DNA of 64,000 nt, from positions 96,001 through 160,000 of the forward strand of contig JACQIB010000004.1 in assembly GCA_016198755.1 (NCBI GenBank), written 5' to 3'. The position numbers and the translations under genes were made by a program. How positions within the stretch are numbered: position 1 is the stretch's first letter; each line of letters begins with the position of its first letter. Shown here piece after piece: positions 55,080 through 64,000 of the stretch. This stretch comes from Candidatus Aenigmatarchaeota archaeon (GTDB taxonomy: Archaea; Aenigmatarchaeota; Aenigmatarchaeia; Aenigmatarchaeales; JACQIB01). The notes below the pieces were generated by a model that did not search any database, was not told the origin of the DNA, and worked only from the letters and a program-made list of their open reading frames with translations.

Positions 55080-56075
55080 TCAAACCCCAAGGGACTTTAA
55101 TCTCAGCCCATGTGTTAACAAATGCCAGTTCTTTCCTGCTGGTGCTGTTGCAGGTACAATATGCCTTCCAACAGGGTTGTGTGTATCAGCGTAGAATGTA
55201 CTGTATTTATTTCCTTGTAAAAGATTATAAAGCCATGTTCCGCTTATAGTGTCCCCAGGAAGGCTTTCCATATACATAACAGCTCCGTGCAAATCAGCTG
55301 TGTGGTGAGCATCAGCTTCCACAACTTTTCTTACATCTCTATGTGCATAAACATCCTTCAAATCCTGTGAAATATCCAATGAAAGGCTGTTAGAATTAGG
55401 CATTATAGAGTTTGCTGTTGCAACTGGCAGGATTTGTCTTCCGCGTACTCCAGACCTGAGAATACTTTTAACTGTAGACGGAGCCATTCTCCATCCATAT
55501 CCATGGTGGCTCTCAACTTCCTGTAATCCATCAGAAGGTGATGGGTGTGGAATAATCGGAAATCCAATGCCGCTGATATAAATAAGGTCTGAAAGCTCCT
55601 CTGCAGTAGGGTTTCTTGCTCCCCTTTCTACAAATTCATCATAATGTGTTTGCATAAATTCAAGAGTTCCGTTTTCATCGAACGGTGCAAAAATAACATG
55701 AGGCCCCCCTGTCAGTTCATTATCTTTTCCATATACTGTTGAAAATTCTGCCCCCACAATAAATTTAACTCTGTCTTTCAATTGCCTTGCTAGATCAAGT
55801 TCCCTTTCCACAACACCATATTCCGGATCATGGTCTGTTAAAAGAACGACAGAAACTATCCCAGCATTCTCGCAAGCATCAGCTACCTGTTCCATACCCT
55901 GCACAGAATCTCCCGAGCCTTCAGTAACGTGCGTGTGCAAAACAGTTCCTATATAGTTCCCGTCCAAAGAACCCTTAAACCTTCCCTGCCTTTCTACTCT
56001 TCCTCGCGAAAGCATTGGGGCTGTCAAACCCTCGTCTATAAACCTTGCAAATCCATACAGGCTCTCCCATCCCAT
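55080..56075 (-). CDS. PHP-family metal-dependent phosphoesterase
   Basis: H-T-H, TDHD, GAEFST, PH, PHP and DAH metal ligands. Confidence 0.75.
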   Translation of the reverse strand: MGWESLYGFARFIDEGLTAPMLSRGRVERQGRFKGSLDGNYIGTVLHTHVTEGSGDSVQGMEQVADACENAGIVSVVLLTDHDPEYGVVERELDLARQLKDRVKFIVGAEFSTVYGKDNELTGGPHVIFAPFDENGTLEFMQTHYDEFVERGARNPTAEELSDLIYISGIGFPIIPHPSPSDGLQEVESHHGYGWRMAPSTVKSILRSGVRGRQILPVATANSIMPNSNSLSLDISQDLKDVYAHRDVRKVVEADAHHTADLHGAVMYMESLPGDTISGTWLYNLLQGNKYSTFYADTHNPVGRHIVPATAPAGKNWHLLTHGLRLKSLGV

Positions 56076-56141
56076 AATTGGAGTTGGAAGGAAATCTTTA
56101 AATATACAGTATTTTTAAGCTCGCATGCACAAAGCTGTTGT

Positions 56142-56789
56142 ATGAACACTATATACGAAATATTCGGGCCAATAAAAATACACCCGCTTGGAAGGTACAG
56201 CTATATTTTATCTGTTGTTCTAATGGCTTATCTGGGTTCTCAGAGGTATGGGGAGGTTTACTGGCAGGCTGCTCTTGGATTTGCGTTGGTTTTGTTTGCA
56301 GCGCGTGCATTAAGAAAATGGTGGAAACTTACTTTTACTGCCGGTTCGATTATTCTGTTAGCTTACTTCCAGATACAAAATAATCTTTCCACTGCAATAC
56401 AGGATATTTTACTCTCCCAGCTCTTCACAGCGCTTTTCTGGGGACTTTATTTCAGGATGTTTGTCTGGAGGCTTATGGGACCCGAACATTACCATAAAGA
56501 AGAGCTGTTTGATCATTCAAAATTCTGGAGAAGGCCTCACTCTCTTATAATGCCAATACTTTTCAGCCTAGTTTACTCTATTGTGCCCATATTCATATTC
56601 AAGTTTTCTTTAACAACAGTAATCTGGCCCCTCTTAGTTCTGCTTTTTATGGGTTTCATTTTTTTCGGGAAAATGGAATATAACGAGAGGAACCCAACAA
56701 AATCCAACAGTGTATATAATTTGCTTTTTTACGGGACAACAATAGTACTTTTCTACATGTTCTATACTTTTGTGTTTTCTGTTGCTTAG
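56142..56789 (+). CDS. Polytopic membrane protein, unknown function
   Basis: Multiple TM helices; TTTAAATA upstream; start moved to MNTIYE. Confidence 0.65.
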   Translation: MNTIYEIFGPIKIHPLGRYSYILSVVLMAYLGSQRYGEVYWQAALGFALVLFAARALRKWWKLTFTAGSIILLAYFQIQNNLSTAIQDILLSQLFTALFWGLYFRMFVWRLMGPEHYHKEELFDHSKFWRRPHSLIMPILFSLVYSIVPIFIFKFSLTTVIWPLLVLLFMGFIFFGKMEYNERNPTKSNSVYNLLFYGTTIVLFYMFYTFVFSVA

Positions 56790-56865
56790 AAATTTTTCCA
56801 GTGCAGGAAAGCCTGTACTGACTATTTATATAGACTGCTGTTCAATAGGAAAAAAGGTGAGCGTG

Positions 56866-57179
56866 ATGTCCAACCAATATGTAAGAGGGGGAATCAGGAG
56901 CCAATTTGCAAAGGCTCGGTTAGCCTGAAAAAGGTTCTTCACCGCGCCCTTAACAACAATCAGATACTGCTTCTCAACGAGATTGGAAACAATGGACATG
57001 AAACCATAACAGCTCTCACAGACACACTTTCAAGAAAATCCAATATACCGCTTTCTACATTAAAGCTGAATTCTGCAATACTGAAAGAGCTAGGACTGGT
57101 AAAAATAGAGCTATGGGAGCCTGTTTCCCTTACTCATGCAGGAAAAGAAATCCTCAGGCTTTTGGGTGAGGGAAAATGA
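56866..57179 (+). other. wHTH regulator whose coding frame is out of register with its SD/ATG (frameshifted or CTG-initiated)
   Basis: Frame 56922-57179 encodes LKKVLHRALNNNQILLL...IPLSTLKLNSAILKELGLV...LTHAGKEIL and has no upstream ATG/GTG/TTG; GGTGA plus ATG 56866 gives a 20-aa ORF ending at 56928. Confidence 0.65.
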
Positions 57180-57871
57180 GAACAGTGGGGGTTCTGGGAG
57201 GGTTCGGTCCTGAAGCTACATCAGAGTTCTATGTTTCTATTGTAAACAAGAACCGCGCACTGAACAAGATTGCACACCCGAGCATTCTGATATACAATGT
57301 GCCAAACCTGTTCAGGCTTGAGGAAGCAGCTGTTAAAACAGATGGAAATCTGGGGGAGTTTTTGCCTCTCCTGCTCAGTGGAATAAAGATACTGGAAGAG
57401 AAATCAGACTTTATTGTCATGCCCTGCAATACATTGCATATATTCATAGAGGATATAAGGAAAGCCAGCAGGGTTCCTGTGCTTAGCATTTTGGATGAGA
57501 CTGTTGGAAGGATAAAAAAGATGGGTATAAGGAAAATAGGAATTCTGGCAACAATGAAAACAATTAAGGAAAAGCTGTTTGAAGAAAAGCTGGAAGAAAA
57601 TGGAATAGAAACAATAAAACCAGATATTTCTGAGCAAAAAAGGGTTTCAGAAATAATCCACTGTATACTGAAAGGGGAAAAAACAGAGGAGATGAAAACA
57701 GAGCTCTTGGGCATTGTAACTGGACTGAAAGAGAAAGGTGCTGAGGCTGTTATTTTAGGCTGTACAGATTTACAGCTATTGATAAATCAGGAAAATTCTG
57801 GTGTAAAGCTTATAGACACTGTGGATGTACTTGCTGATTCTGCAGTTAGAATTTTAAATGAGGGTGGCTAA
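57176..57871 (+). CDS. Aspartate/glutamate racemase family (RacX/YgeA-like)
   Basis: GVLGGFGPEAT, MPCNTLH, LGCTDL (two catalytic Cys). Confidence 0.93.
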   Translation: MRTVGVLGGFGPEATSEFYVSIVNKNRALNKIAHPSILIYNVPNLFRLEEAAVKTDGNLGEFLPLLLSGIKILEEKSDFIVMPCNTLHIFIEDIRKASRVPVLSILDETVGRIKKMGIRKIGILATMKTIKEKLFEEKLEENGIETIKPDISEQKRVSEIIHCILKGEKTEEMKTELLGIVTGLKEKGAEAVILGCTDLQLLINQENSGVKLIDTVDVLADSAVRILNEGG

Positions 57872-57872
57872 A

Positions 57873-58820
57873 ATGAAAGAAGAAAATCTGCTTGGGATGG
57901 TTGGGAAGGAGTACTTAGTTTCCCATTCTATTCTGGGAAAGGATTTGGAAAGTTCAACCGGTCTCTTTTTTGGGATTGGGTTGAGCAACAAGGAAACTGT
58001 TACTAAAGATTTACCTTTTGATGTGATAGGTATGGTACTGGCAGGGGAGCTGGTAAAGAGGAATCTGGGGCTTGAAAGCGCTACTGTTCTTGTAGCTGAT
58101 GAACATGCAAAAACAAACGGCTTTGATCCGCGGGAGATAGATAAGATAGCGCTGGAAAGGAGGGGGGAGCTTTCAAAAGCAGTAGAGAAGCTTGGTTTTG
58201 TGGGCTGGGATGTTGTGCTTGCCTCAGAGATGTCTAAGGAGCCTTTATACGCAGAAGTACTTTCTTCTGTCGGGACTGGGAACGGTTATGAGAAGTTTCA
58301 GACTGCAAATGTTGAACATTTCAGGAGACTGGGAAAGGGAATAAAGATTGGATGGATGCATGAGGGAATGGAACGTGATGAGAGGAGGTTTGATATGCTT
58401 TACAGCTCTGCTTTTGGAGACCGGGAAACATTTATTTACACGAAGGCTGGGAGAGCTCTGGATGGAACTCCTCTCCCTCCATACTTACACTCCCCAACAA
58501 GGGGCAGGCTGTTCCTAAAGGAGGGGGAAGATATAAAAGGAAAAGTGAAAAGTATGCCAAGAGCTGTTGTAAAGCATTACATTAAGGTACTGAAGTGCCT
58601 TTCGGTTCTTCATGGTGAGACATTTATAGAGAGAGACACGTACGCTGCATCTGATAGCTTGGCAGCTGGGCTAAAACAGGTGTATAGCTCAATATTCGGG
58701 TATTTTGGCCCGCAAGGGTCTATAATTTTTTATATAAAATTTATATTGGTATATAGGAAGAAGCCTCAGTTTAGGCTATTCATATTTCAATTAGTGAATG
58801 TAGTGGGAACATTTATATAG
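57873..58820 (+). CDS. Hypothetical protein with class Ic aminoacyl-tRNA-synthetase-like motifs
   Basis: FFGIG, VLVADEHAKTN, Y..FQ.ANV, KIGW...DERRFD appear in TyrRS-like order; no HIGH or KMSKS. Confidence 0.45.
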   Translation: MKEENLLGMVGKEYLVSHSILGKDLESSTGLFFGIGLSNKETVTKDLPFDVIGMVLAGELVKRNLGLESATVLVADEHAKTNGFDPREIDKIALERRGELSKAVEKLGFVGWDVVLASEMSKEPLYAEVLSSVGTGNGYEKFQTANVEHFRRLGKGIKIGWMHEGMERDERRFDMLYSSAFGDRETFIYTKAGRALDGTPLPPYLHSPTRGRLFLKEGEDIKGKVKSMPRAVVKHYIKVLKCLSVLHGETFIERDTYAASDSLAAGLKQVYSSIFGYFGPQGSIIFYIKFILVYRKKPQFRLFIFQLVNVVGTFI

Positions 58821-58851
58821 TAGTGGGAACATATAAATACCTATGGGAACA
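58800..58851 (+). promoter_or_regulatory. 20-bp-period direct repeats around a TATA box upstream of the AbiE-like pair
   Basis: GTAGTGGGAACAT at 58800 and 58820; TGGGAACA also at 58844 over the start codon; TTTATATA at 58812-58819. Confidence 0.7.
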
Positions 58852-59589
58852 AATCTGCTATCGCCCATAGCACTTCGTCTAATACATACTCTCCTAGTTA
58901 AAGTTAGAGCATCCCCTTTCCAAGGCTCCGAGGCATATTCTACCCTGAAAATATCAGGGCTAAAAGGCCATCCAGAAGCCCTTGAAAGGGGTCAATCGTT
59001 TGAAGCTCTTACAAAACCACCTTCGGTTAGGGACATATCAAAATTGGCAAACATACCGCTTTCCAAGTGCTCCTCTTATCTCAGTGCTCTGGAGAAGATT
59101 GGGTATATACAGAGAAGACCCAGACTTATGATAATAGATAGAAGAATGGTCTATATACTAGCATATTGCTATCCTTTAAGGAGTATACCGTTTGTTGGCT
59201 TTGAAGGGTTGGAAAGACCTGCTTCTTATGTCCAAAAAATTGCAACCATAGGAAAAGAGAAAAAAATGAAATATGCACTTACTCATTTGGCTGCATCTGA
59301 AGTCATATCACCCTATAAATTTTCTAACTTAGTTTATTTTTATGCAGATCTAGAAAAAGTCTCTGAATGGAAGGAATCATTAAAGAAAGTTGGAATAGCC
59401 GAGAGTGCGAAAGGTTCAATAAGGCTGTTAATATCTGATCTTAATCCATTTACTGGTGCAAGAGAAATTAATGGTATAAAGGTAGTTTCTTCTCCACTGC
59501 TTTATTCCGATCTTTATAGTTCAGGAGAAATCGAGGTTGCAGAATGGATTGCAAAGAACGAGGTGCTATTGAATTATGGCAATATATGA
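58843..59589 (+). CDS. wHTH + AbiEi-like antitoxin/regulator
   Basis: SVRDISKLANIPLSKCSSYLSALEKIGYI HTH; YALT..AA and VVS..LLY.DL C-terminal pattern. Confidence 0.65.
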   Translation: MGTNLLSPIALRLIHTLLVKVRASPFQGSEAYSTLKISGLKGHPEALERGQSFEALTKPPSVRDISKLANIPLSKCSSYLSALEKIGYIQRRPRLMIIDRRMVYILAYCYPLRSIPFVGFEGLERPASYVQKIATIGKEKKMKYALTHLAASEVISPYKFSNLVYFYADLEKVSEWKESLKKVGIAESAKGSIRLLISDLNPFTGAREINGIKVVSSPLLYSDLYSSGEIEVAEWIAKNEVLLNYGNI

Positions 59590-60343
59590 TCCTGTTGAAA
59601 CAGACACATCAAAACAATATGTGCTTAAATTGTTTAAAGAGACTGGAAACACTGGTGGCATAGGTCTTCTGGGCGGTTGGGCAGTCTATCTTTGGGTTCA
59701 TGAAAATTTCAGAAAGGCAACGGGATCCGAATATCTAGGAAGCAGGGATATAGATGTTTTTATAGACGTTGATTCAGAAGCCGCAGAAAAATTAAATACA
59801 TTTATGCAAAGAAATGGATTTCTGCCAAGCGGTTATTTTTTTAGATACCAATTGATAACAGAAAGAGAAACAGGCAGAGAGTTGACTGAGGAGGAGTCCA
59901 AAAAGATTCAGAGTTATAATCTTTTCATTATATTTTTGGATATCTTCGGTAACAAAGAGAGCAAAGAACTAAAGCTCTGGACCTCACAGCTAATAGCCGA
60001 AATGTTTGAAACAGACTCTAAAGAGGTTTTAATCTTTGAAAATATGCCTATTTTGGTTCCTTCTGTTGATATATTGCTGGCATTAAAAGTAGAAGGATTT
60101 TTAGGAAGAGAAAATACAGAAAAAAAGCAGAAGGATGCGGCAGATATATATGCACTATTTTTTTATAGTGGAGAGTTAAACTGGGATAAATTAAAACATA
60201 AAGACATAATTCGGAAATCTGTTGATATTATGCTCTCTTCGGAATCTTATATAAGATTTATTGCAAAGGAGTTATTTGGAGATGAATTGAAGTTTTCTCT
60301 TGTAAAAGCAAATCTACTCACAGTTTTGGAGAGTCTAAAATAG
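59576..60343 (+). CDS. AbiEii-like nucleotidyltransferase toxin
   Basis: LGGWAV, SRDIDV, LLALK, R..K..KD..DI. Confidence 0.75.
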   Translation: MAIYDPVETDTSKQYVLKLFKETGNTGGIGLLGGWAVYLWVHENFRKATGSEYLGSRDIDVFIDVDSEAAEKLNTFMQRNGFLPSGYFFRYQLITERETGRELTEEESKKIQSYNLFIIFLDIFGNKESKELKLWTSQLIAEMFETDSKEVLIFENMPILVPSVDILLALKVEGFLGRENTEKKQKDAADIYALFFYSGELNWDKLKHKDIIRKSVDIMLSSESYIRFIAKELFGDELKFSLVKANLLTVLESLK

Positions 60344-61292
60344 TTCCGTCTTTCCAGAGCTTTCTCGAAACTCCCAGCCCCTTCCTTGCAAACTCTATCC
60401 AATATGGGGACTTATTGTAAGTTGAAGCTATCAGGTAGATAGCATATGTTGCCTGTATAAGTATTGGAATAGCTTCTGTCTCTTCTTTTGTAAGTTTTCT
60501 GATACTGTTGTATTTTTCCAGAACAAAATAGTATATTTTCCTGCATTTTCCCACAGAATTAACTGGAAAGAAAAGCGCAAGGAAAATTGCCAAATCAAGA
60601 ACAGAAGCATTGTAATCCATACAGCCCAAATCAATTATACACATATCCCCCTTGCTGTTCTTTAGAAAATGATGCCTCTGCAAATCCCCATGTATAATGG
60701 ATTTCCTAAACTTTGAAAAGTTTATTTTTCCAAACTCGCGCACAGCAGGTTCCACTAATTTTCTGTCTTTTTCCCGCAAAAACCTTTTCTTTTCCCTATA
60801 CTCCTTAACTAAATTAACTGTTCCCCACGAATCATAATTATGTTTTACTTTAAACCTCAGCCCGTGTATTTTTGCCATAAATTTTACAATATTATTAAGT
60901 TCTTTTTCAGAAACACTCCTCCCCTCAAAGCTTTTCCCAGTAAAAAACTCCATTAAACACATATAGCTTTTTCCAATTTTTAGCAAATATTTCCCTCTCG
61001 CTTTCAATAATTTTGGAGTTGGAACACCAGCTTTTCTGAATTCTACTAACCCTTTAACAACATCATTTATTTTTCTGAGAGTTTTTAATTTTGAGAAAAT
61101 CTTCAGCACATACTTTCCTTTTTTCGTCTCCAAAACGATATTCGCATCCTCAAAACCCATCTGTATAATCCTGTAATGCAAAACATTCCCAATCCTATAG
61201 GCTTCTGAAACCTTTTCTAATGCAGACTTCAAGGGAACCTGCAAGTCTACTCGTTTAAGAATATCCCCAGCTACAATATACTCTCTCATCAC
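60318..61292 (-). CDS. Aminoglycoside phosphotransferase / type II homoserine kinase-like protein
   Basis: YVLKI, IIHGDL, IIDLG, DLAI. Confidence 0.8.
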   Translation of the reverse strand: MMREYIVAGDILKRVDLQVPLKSALEKVSEAYRIGNVLHYRIIQMGFEDANIVLETKKGKYVLKIFSKLKTLRKINDVVKGLVEFRKAGVPTPKLLKARGKYLLKIGKSYMCLMEFFTGKSFEGRSVSEKELNNIVKFMAKIHGLRFKVKHNYDSWGTVNLVKEYREKKRFLREKDRKLVEPAVREFGKINFSKFRKSIIHGDLQRHHFLKNSKGDMCIIDLGCMDYNASVLDLAIFLALFFPVNSVGKCRKIYYFVLEKYNSIRKLTKEETEAIPILIQATYAIYLIASTYNKSPYWIEFARKGLGVSRKLWKDGTILDSPKL

Positions 61293-62983
61293 TTTTTCCC
61301 CTTCTGCTGCCCATAAATTGTTTTCAGCCTTTCCAAACTATCAGCTTCCTCTGGGGCTTTATCCGTGCGGATACGCAAAAACCTCGGAAATCTCAAACCA
61401 AAACCAGACTCGTATGTTGGAGATTTTTGTATCTCCTCATAAGCCACCTCAATAACAATTTTTGGCTTAAATTTTACTTCACTCTCCTTCTCTGAAAGAA
61501 TCAATGGCTTAAGAAGTTTTGTGAGCTGCTCAAAAGTTACACTGCCTTCTGTTTCCTTTTCTTTAACTCCAGTTCCCATCATTCCACAGTCTAAAAACTT
61601 TCCAGTATCAGGATCGCGACATCCCAAAAGCAGGGATCCAATCCATCCAGCTCTTTTTCCAGTCCCCCAAGTCCCCCCAACAATAACCAAATCCAGATTC
61701 TCCAGCGTGGGCTTAACTTTTAACCAGCCACCCGCAACCCTCCTCCCAGGCTGGTATAAAGCCTCAAGATTTTTAACCATTACTCCTTCCTGACTTTCAT
61801 TCAAAGCCTTCCTATAAAATTGATCTGCTTCTTTCAAGTTTTTTGTTCTTAATTGTTCCAAAAGCTCAATTTTTCCTTTCTGTGGAAAAACAATTTTCTC
61901 GAGCAAAGCTCTGCGTTCTTCCAATGTTTTTTCAAACAGACTTTCCCCATCCAGAAAAACAACATCAAACAAATTCAATTTTGCAGGAATTTCCTTTAAT
62001 GTTTTTTCTATATCATATTTTCTCTTTATCCTTTGGGAGAGGGCCTGGAAAGGCAAAGGCCTTTCAGTTTTTTTATCCACAGCAACACATTCCCCCTCTA
62101 CAATATAGTTCTCTGCGCGAATCCCTTTCTTGCAGTATTCTATAATATCCGGGAATTGTTTTGTTACATTTTCCAGTCTCCTTGTATAAACCCAGAACTG
62201 ATTTCCCTTTCTATGTACCTGTAATCTTGCTCCATCTATCTTCTGTTCAATCCCAACTTTCTCAAAGCTTTCTATCGCTTCTTTCAGTGTGGGTGCTTTC
62301 TCAGCAAGCAAAACAAAAACCGGGTTCCCAATCTTTATTCTCACTTTTTTCAACCCTTCCGTCCCCTCCTCCTTAGCTATCCTTGCAATTTCCCCATAAT
62401 CCTGATTTAAAAACCAGGCATTTTCCACATCTTCCGGGGATACAGAATAGGCTTTTGCAATTGCATCCCTTACAATACCTTCAGCCACACCAACCCTTAA
62501 CTGCTCTAAAACAGTGCGCACAATATACCTTGCTTCCAGAGGCTTTGCAGAAATAAGAAGTTCAGCAATAAAGTCCAGCTTCCTCTCCTGACTACCAGCT
62601 CCAGAAACCTCAGCCAGCTTTCTCAGGCCCTCGAAAATATGCTCTACTGTAAGTTCCTTTTTCCCAAAAGAACGCTGCTTTTTTTCCCTTGATAGTTCTT
62701 CAGCTGTTAATCCCAAATCCCCGCTCTTGTTAAACTGCTTTTGCACTTCCTCCGGAGAAATTCCTGCAGCTCTTGAAACCGCGCGTATCATTAATTGTAT
62801 GGCAACCCCAACTTCCTTATCAGACCAGACAGGAAAAACCCTTCCACCCAGCAAAAGTACAACCTGTTCCAAATCTGCAGCAGGCGTTTCTTTCAAAAGC
62901 TCAGAGACAACCTCTGCTTTCTTTATTTTGCCCGAGTGCTTTTCCAGCTCCGCATAAACCTCAACAAGAATAGAGTACTTCAT
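61289..62983 (-). CDS. lig: ATP-dependent DNA ligase
   Basis: EQKIDGAR, EGVMVK, WLKVK, LRFPRF.R.R.DK. Confidence 0.97.
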   Translation of the reverse strand: MKYSILVEVYAELEKHSGKIKKAEVVSELLKETPAADLEQVVLLLGGRVFPVWSDKEVGVAIQLMIRAVSRAAGISPEEVQKQFNKSGDLGLTAEELSREKKQRSFGKKELTVEHIFEGLRKLAEVSGAGSQERKLDFIAELLISAKPLEARYIVRTVLEQLRVGVAEGIVRDAIAKAYSVSPEDVENAWFLNQDYGEIARIAKEEGTEGLKKVRIKIGNPVFVLLAEKAPTLKEAIESFEKVGIEQKIDGARLQVHRKGNQFWVYTRRLENVTKQFPDIIEYCKKGIRAENYIVEGECVAVDKKTERPLPFQALSQRIKRKYDIEKTLKEIPAKLNLFDVVFLDGESLFEKTLEERRALLEKIVFPQKGKIELLEQLRTKNLKEADQFYRKALNESQEGVMVKNLEALYQPGRRVAGGWLKVKPTLENLDLVIVGGTWGTGKRAGWIGSLLLGCRDPDTGKFLDCGMMGTGVKEKETEGSVTFEQLTKLLKPLILSEKESEVKFKPKIVIEVAYEEIQKSPTYESGFGLRFPRFLRIRTDKAPEEADSLERLKTIYGQQKGKK

Positions 62984-63016
62984 ACTGGAAAATTTGCAGA
63001 GCCAGAATAAAAGCTT

Positions 63017-63622
63017 TCAAACCGGCTGTTTAAGCGGCTCGTACCTATAAAGTGTGGCAAAATCAGCCTCTTTCTCTATTGACCTATCCACATCGCCAAT
63101 TACTTTGTGCTCCAGAGGCTTTAGCTCTGGAGGAGTGAGGTTCATTCTCCGCTTGATTAATTCCTGTATAACTTCATTGTCACTAGGTCTATGGTCTATT
63201 GGATCGAATTCGGGAGTTGTATAGAAGAAAAAACCCCCCGGAGTCAGGAACTTTAAAAATTCTGATGGCGGAAGCGCACTCCACCCCTCTGCAGCAGATG
63301 GATCATCAGCAGTAACGTTCATTCCAATTACCAAATCGAATCTCTCCCCTGCCCATGGATATTTTATATCAGCATGGACAGTTTTACTAGATTTTAAGCT
63401 GCAATCCTCAACACCCAAATCCAAGTAGTCTTTACTCAAGTCCATAGCATATACATCTGCAGCTGGATAGAGTACATATAATATTCTGGTGAAAAATCCG
63501 GGTCCAGAGCCCGCATCTAAAACCCTGCGCGGGTTAATTCCATATTTTTCTCCAGTTCTTTTCAAAAAAATGAGAGCACTATCTATTCTCTCCTCTCCCG
63601 GCATTCTAAATGATGGAATCAT
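63017..63622 (-). CDS. Class I SAM-dependent methyltransferase
   Basis: VLDAGSGPG, D-L-S, FDLV, LTPGG. Confidence 0.8.
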   Translation of the reverse strand: MIPSFRMPGEERIDSALIFLKRTGEKYGINPRRVLDAGSGPGFFTRILYVLYPAADVYAMDLSKDYLDLGVEDCSLKSSKTVHADIKYPWAGERFDLVIGMNVTADDPSAAEGWSALPPSEFLKFLTPGGFFFYTTPEFDPIDHRPSDNEVIQELIKRRMNLTPPELKPLEHKVIGDVDRSIEKEADFATLYRYEPLKQPV

Positions 63623-63711
63623 AAAAATAGTCTGATAGAAAACGATTAAAAGCTATTTCTTTTCTAGCAAAGACCAGAGTTATTAATCTTTATCTAGTCA
63701 TTATTTTTGAA

Positions 63712-64000
63712 ATGAGAAAAGTTGCAGTATCAACAGAAAAAGCTCCCGCACCAATAGGTCCGTATTCGCAGGCTGTTTTACATGATGGAAAATACACGCT
63801 TAATTTATCTGGCCAAATAGGAATAGACCCGAAAACAGGGAAATTAGTCAGTGGTATAGAAGCCCAGACAAGACAGGCTCTAGAAAATGTAGGTGGAATT
63901 TTATCTGCGGTGGGATGGGGTTATGAGAATGTAACATCTGTTACAGTATACTTAGTGGATATGAAAGACTATCCAACAGTAAATAGATTGTATGAAAGGA
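63712..64000 (+). CDS. RidA/YjgF-family enamine deaminase, partial
   Basis: Absent from the ORF track; MRKVAVSTEKAPAPIGPYSQAV...LSGQIGIDP. Confidence 0.92.
   Translation, partial: MRKVAVSTEKAPAPIGPYSQAVLHDGKYTLNLSGQIGIDPKTGKLVSGIEAQTRQALENVGGILSAVGWGYENVTSVTVYLVDMKDYPTVNRLYER

Noticed and set aside
58800-58851. Direct repeats as a mini CRISPR array
   Set aside because: Units are 8-13 bp with a 20-bp period, too short for repeat-spacer structure, and there are no cas genes.
1-64000. tRNA, rRNA, provirus or IS elements
   Set aside because: I recognised no cloverleaf, rRNA-like segment, integrase, capsid or transposase by eye; a tRNAscan-SE/Infernal run would be needed to exclude small RNAs.

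Overview
Gene-dense archaeal chromosomal window. TFS, RpoL, uL16/L10e, Dph2, DUF1512, Sec11, RNase HII, an ATP-dependent ligase and TATA-driven leaderless genes show it is archaeal; a DPANN affiliation such as Aenigmarchaeota is my inference. It contains guaB, a small pilin-like cluster, a full bacterial-style SUF Fe-S locus (A-type carrier-sufC-sufB[intein]-sufD-sufS, with sufU-nth 3.5 kb further on), and five toxin-antitoxin-type pairs (3 HTH-MNT/HEPN, 1 VapBC, 1 AbiE-like), each with a visible repeat at its promoter. It also carries a large block of cell-surface genes. Best candidates for undescribed systems: (1) a four-gene locus at 28482-39654, in which a 2708-aa repeat adhesin with an internal second signal peptide and a 212-aa secreted protein share the same C-terminal WxL/pilin-like domain, followed by two membrane-anchored Ig-like proteins, possibly a non-type-IV filament; (2) a wHTH / amino-acid racemase / TyrRS-like (no HIGH or KMSKS) operon at 56866-58820. 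I recognised no rRNA, tRNA, CRISPR array or transposase. All calls come from reading motifs by eye; no database searches were run.
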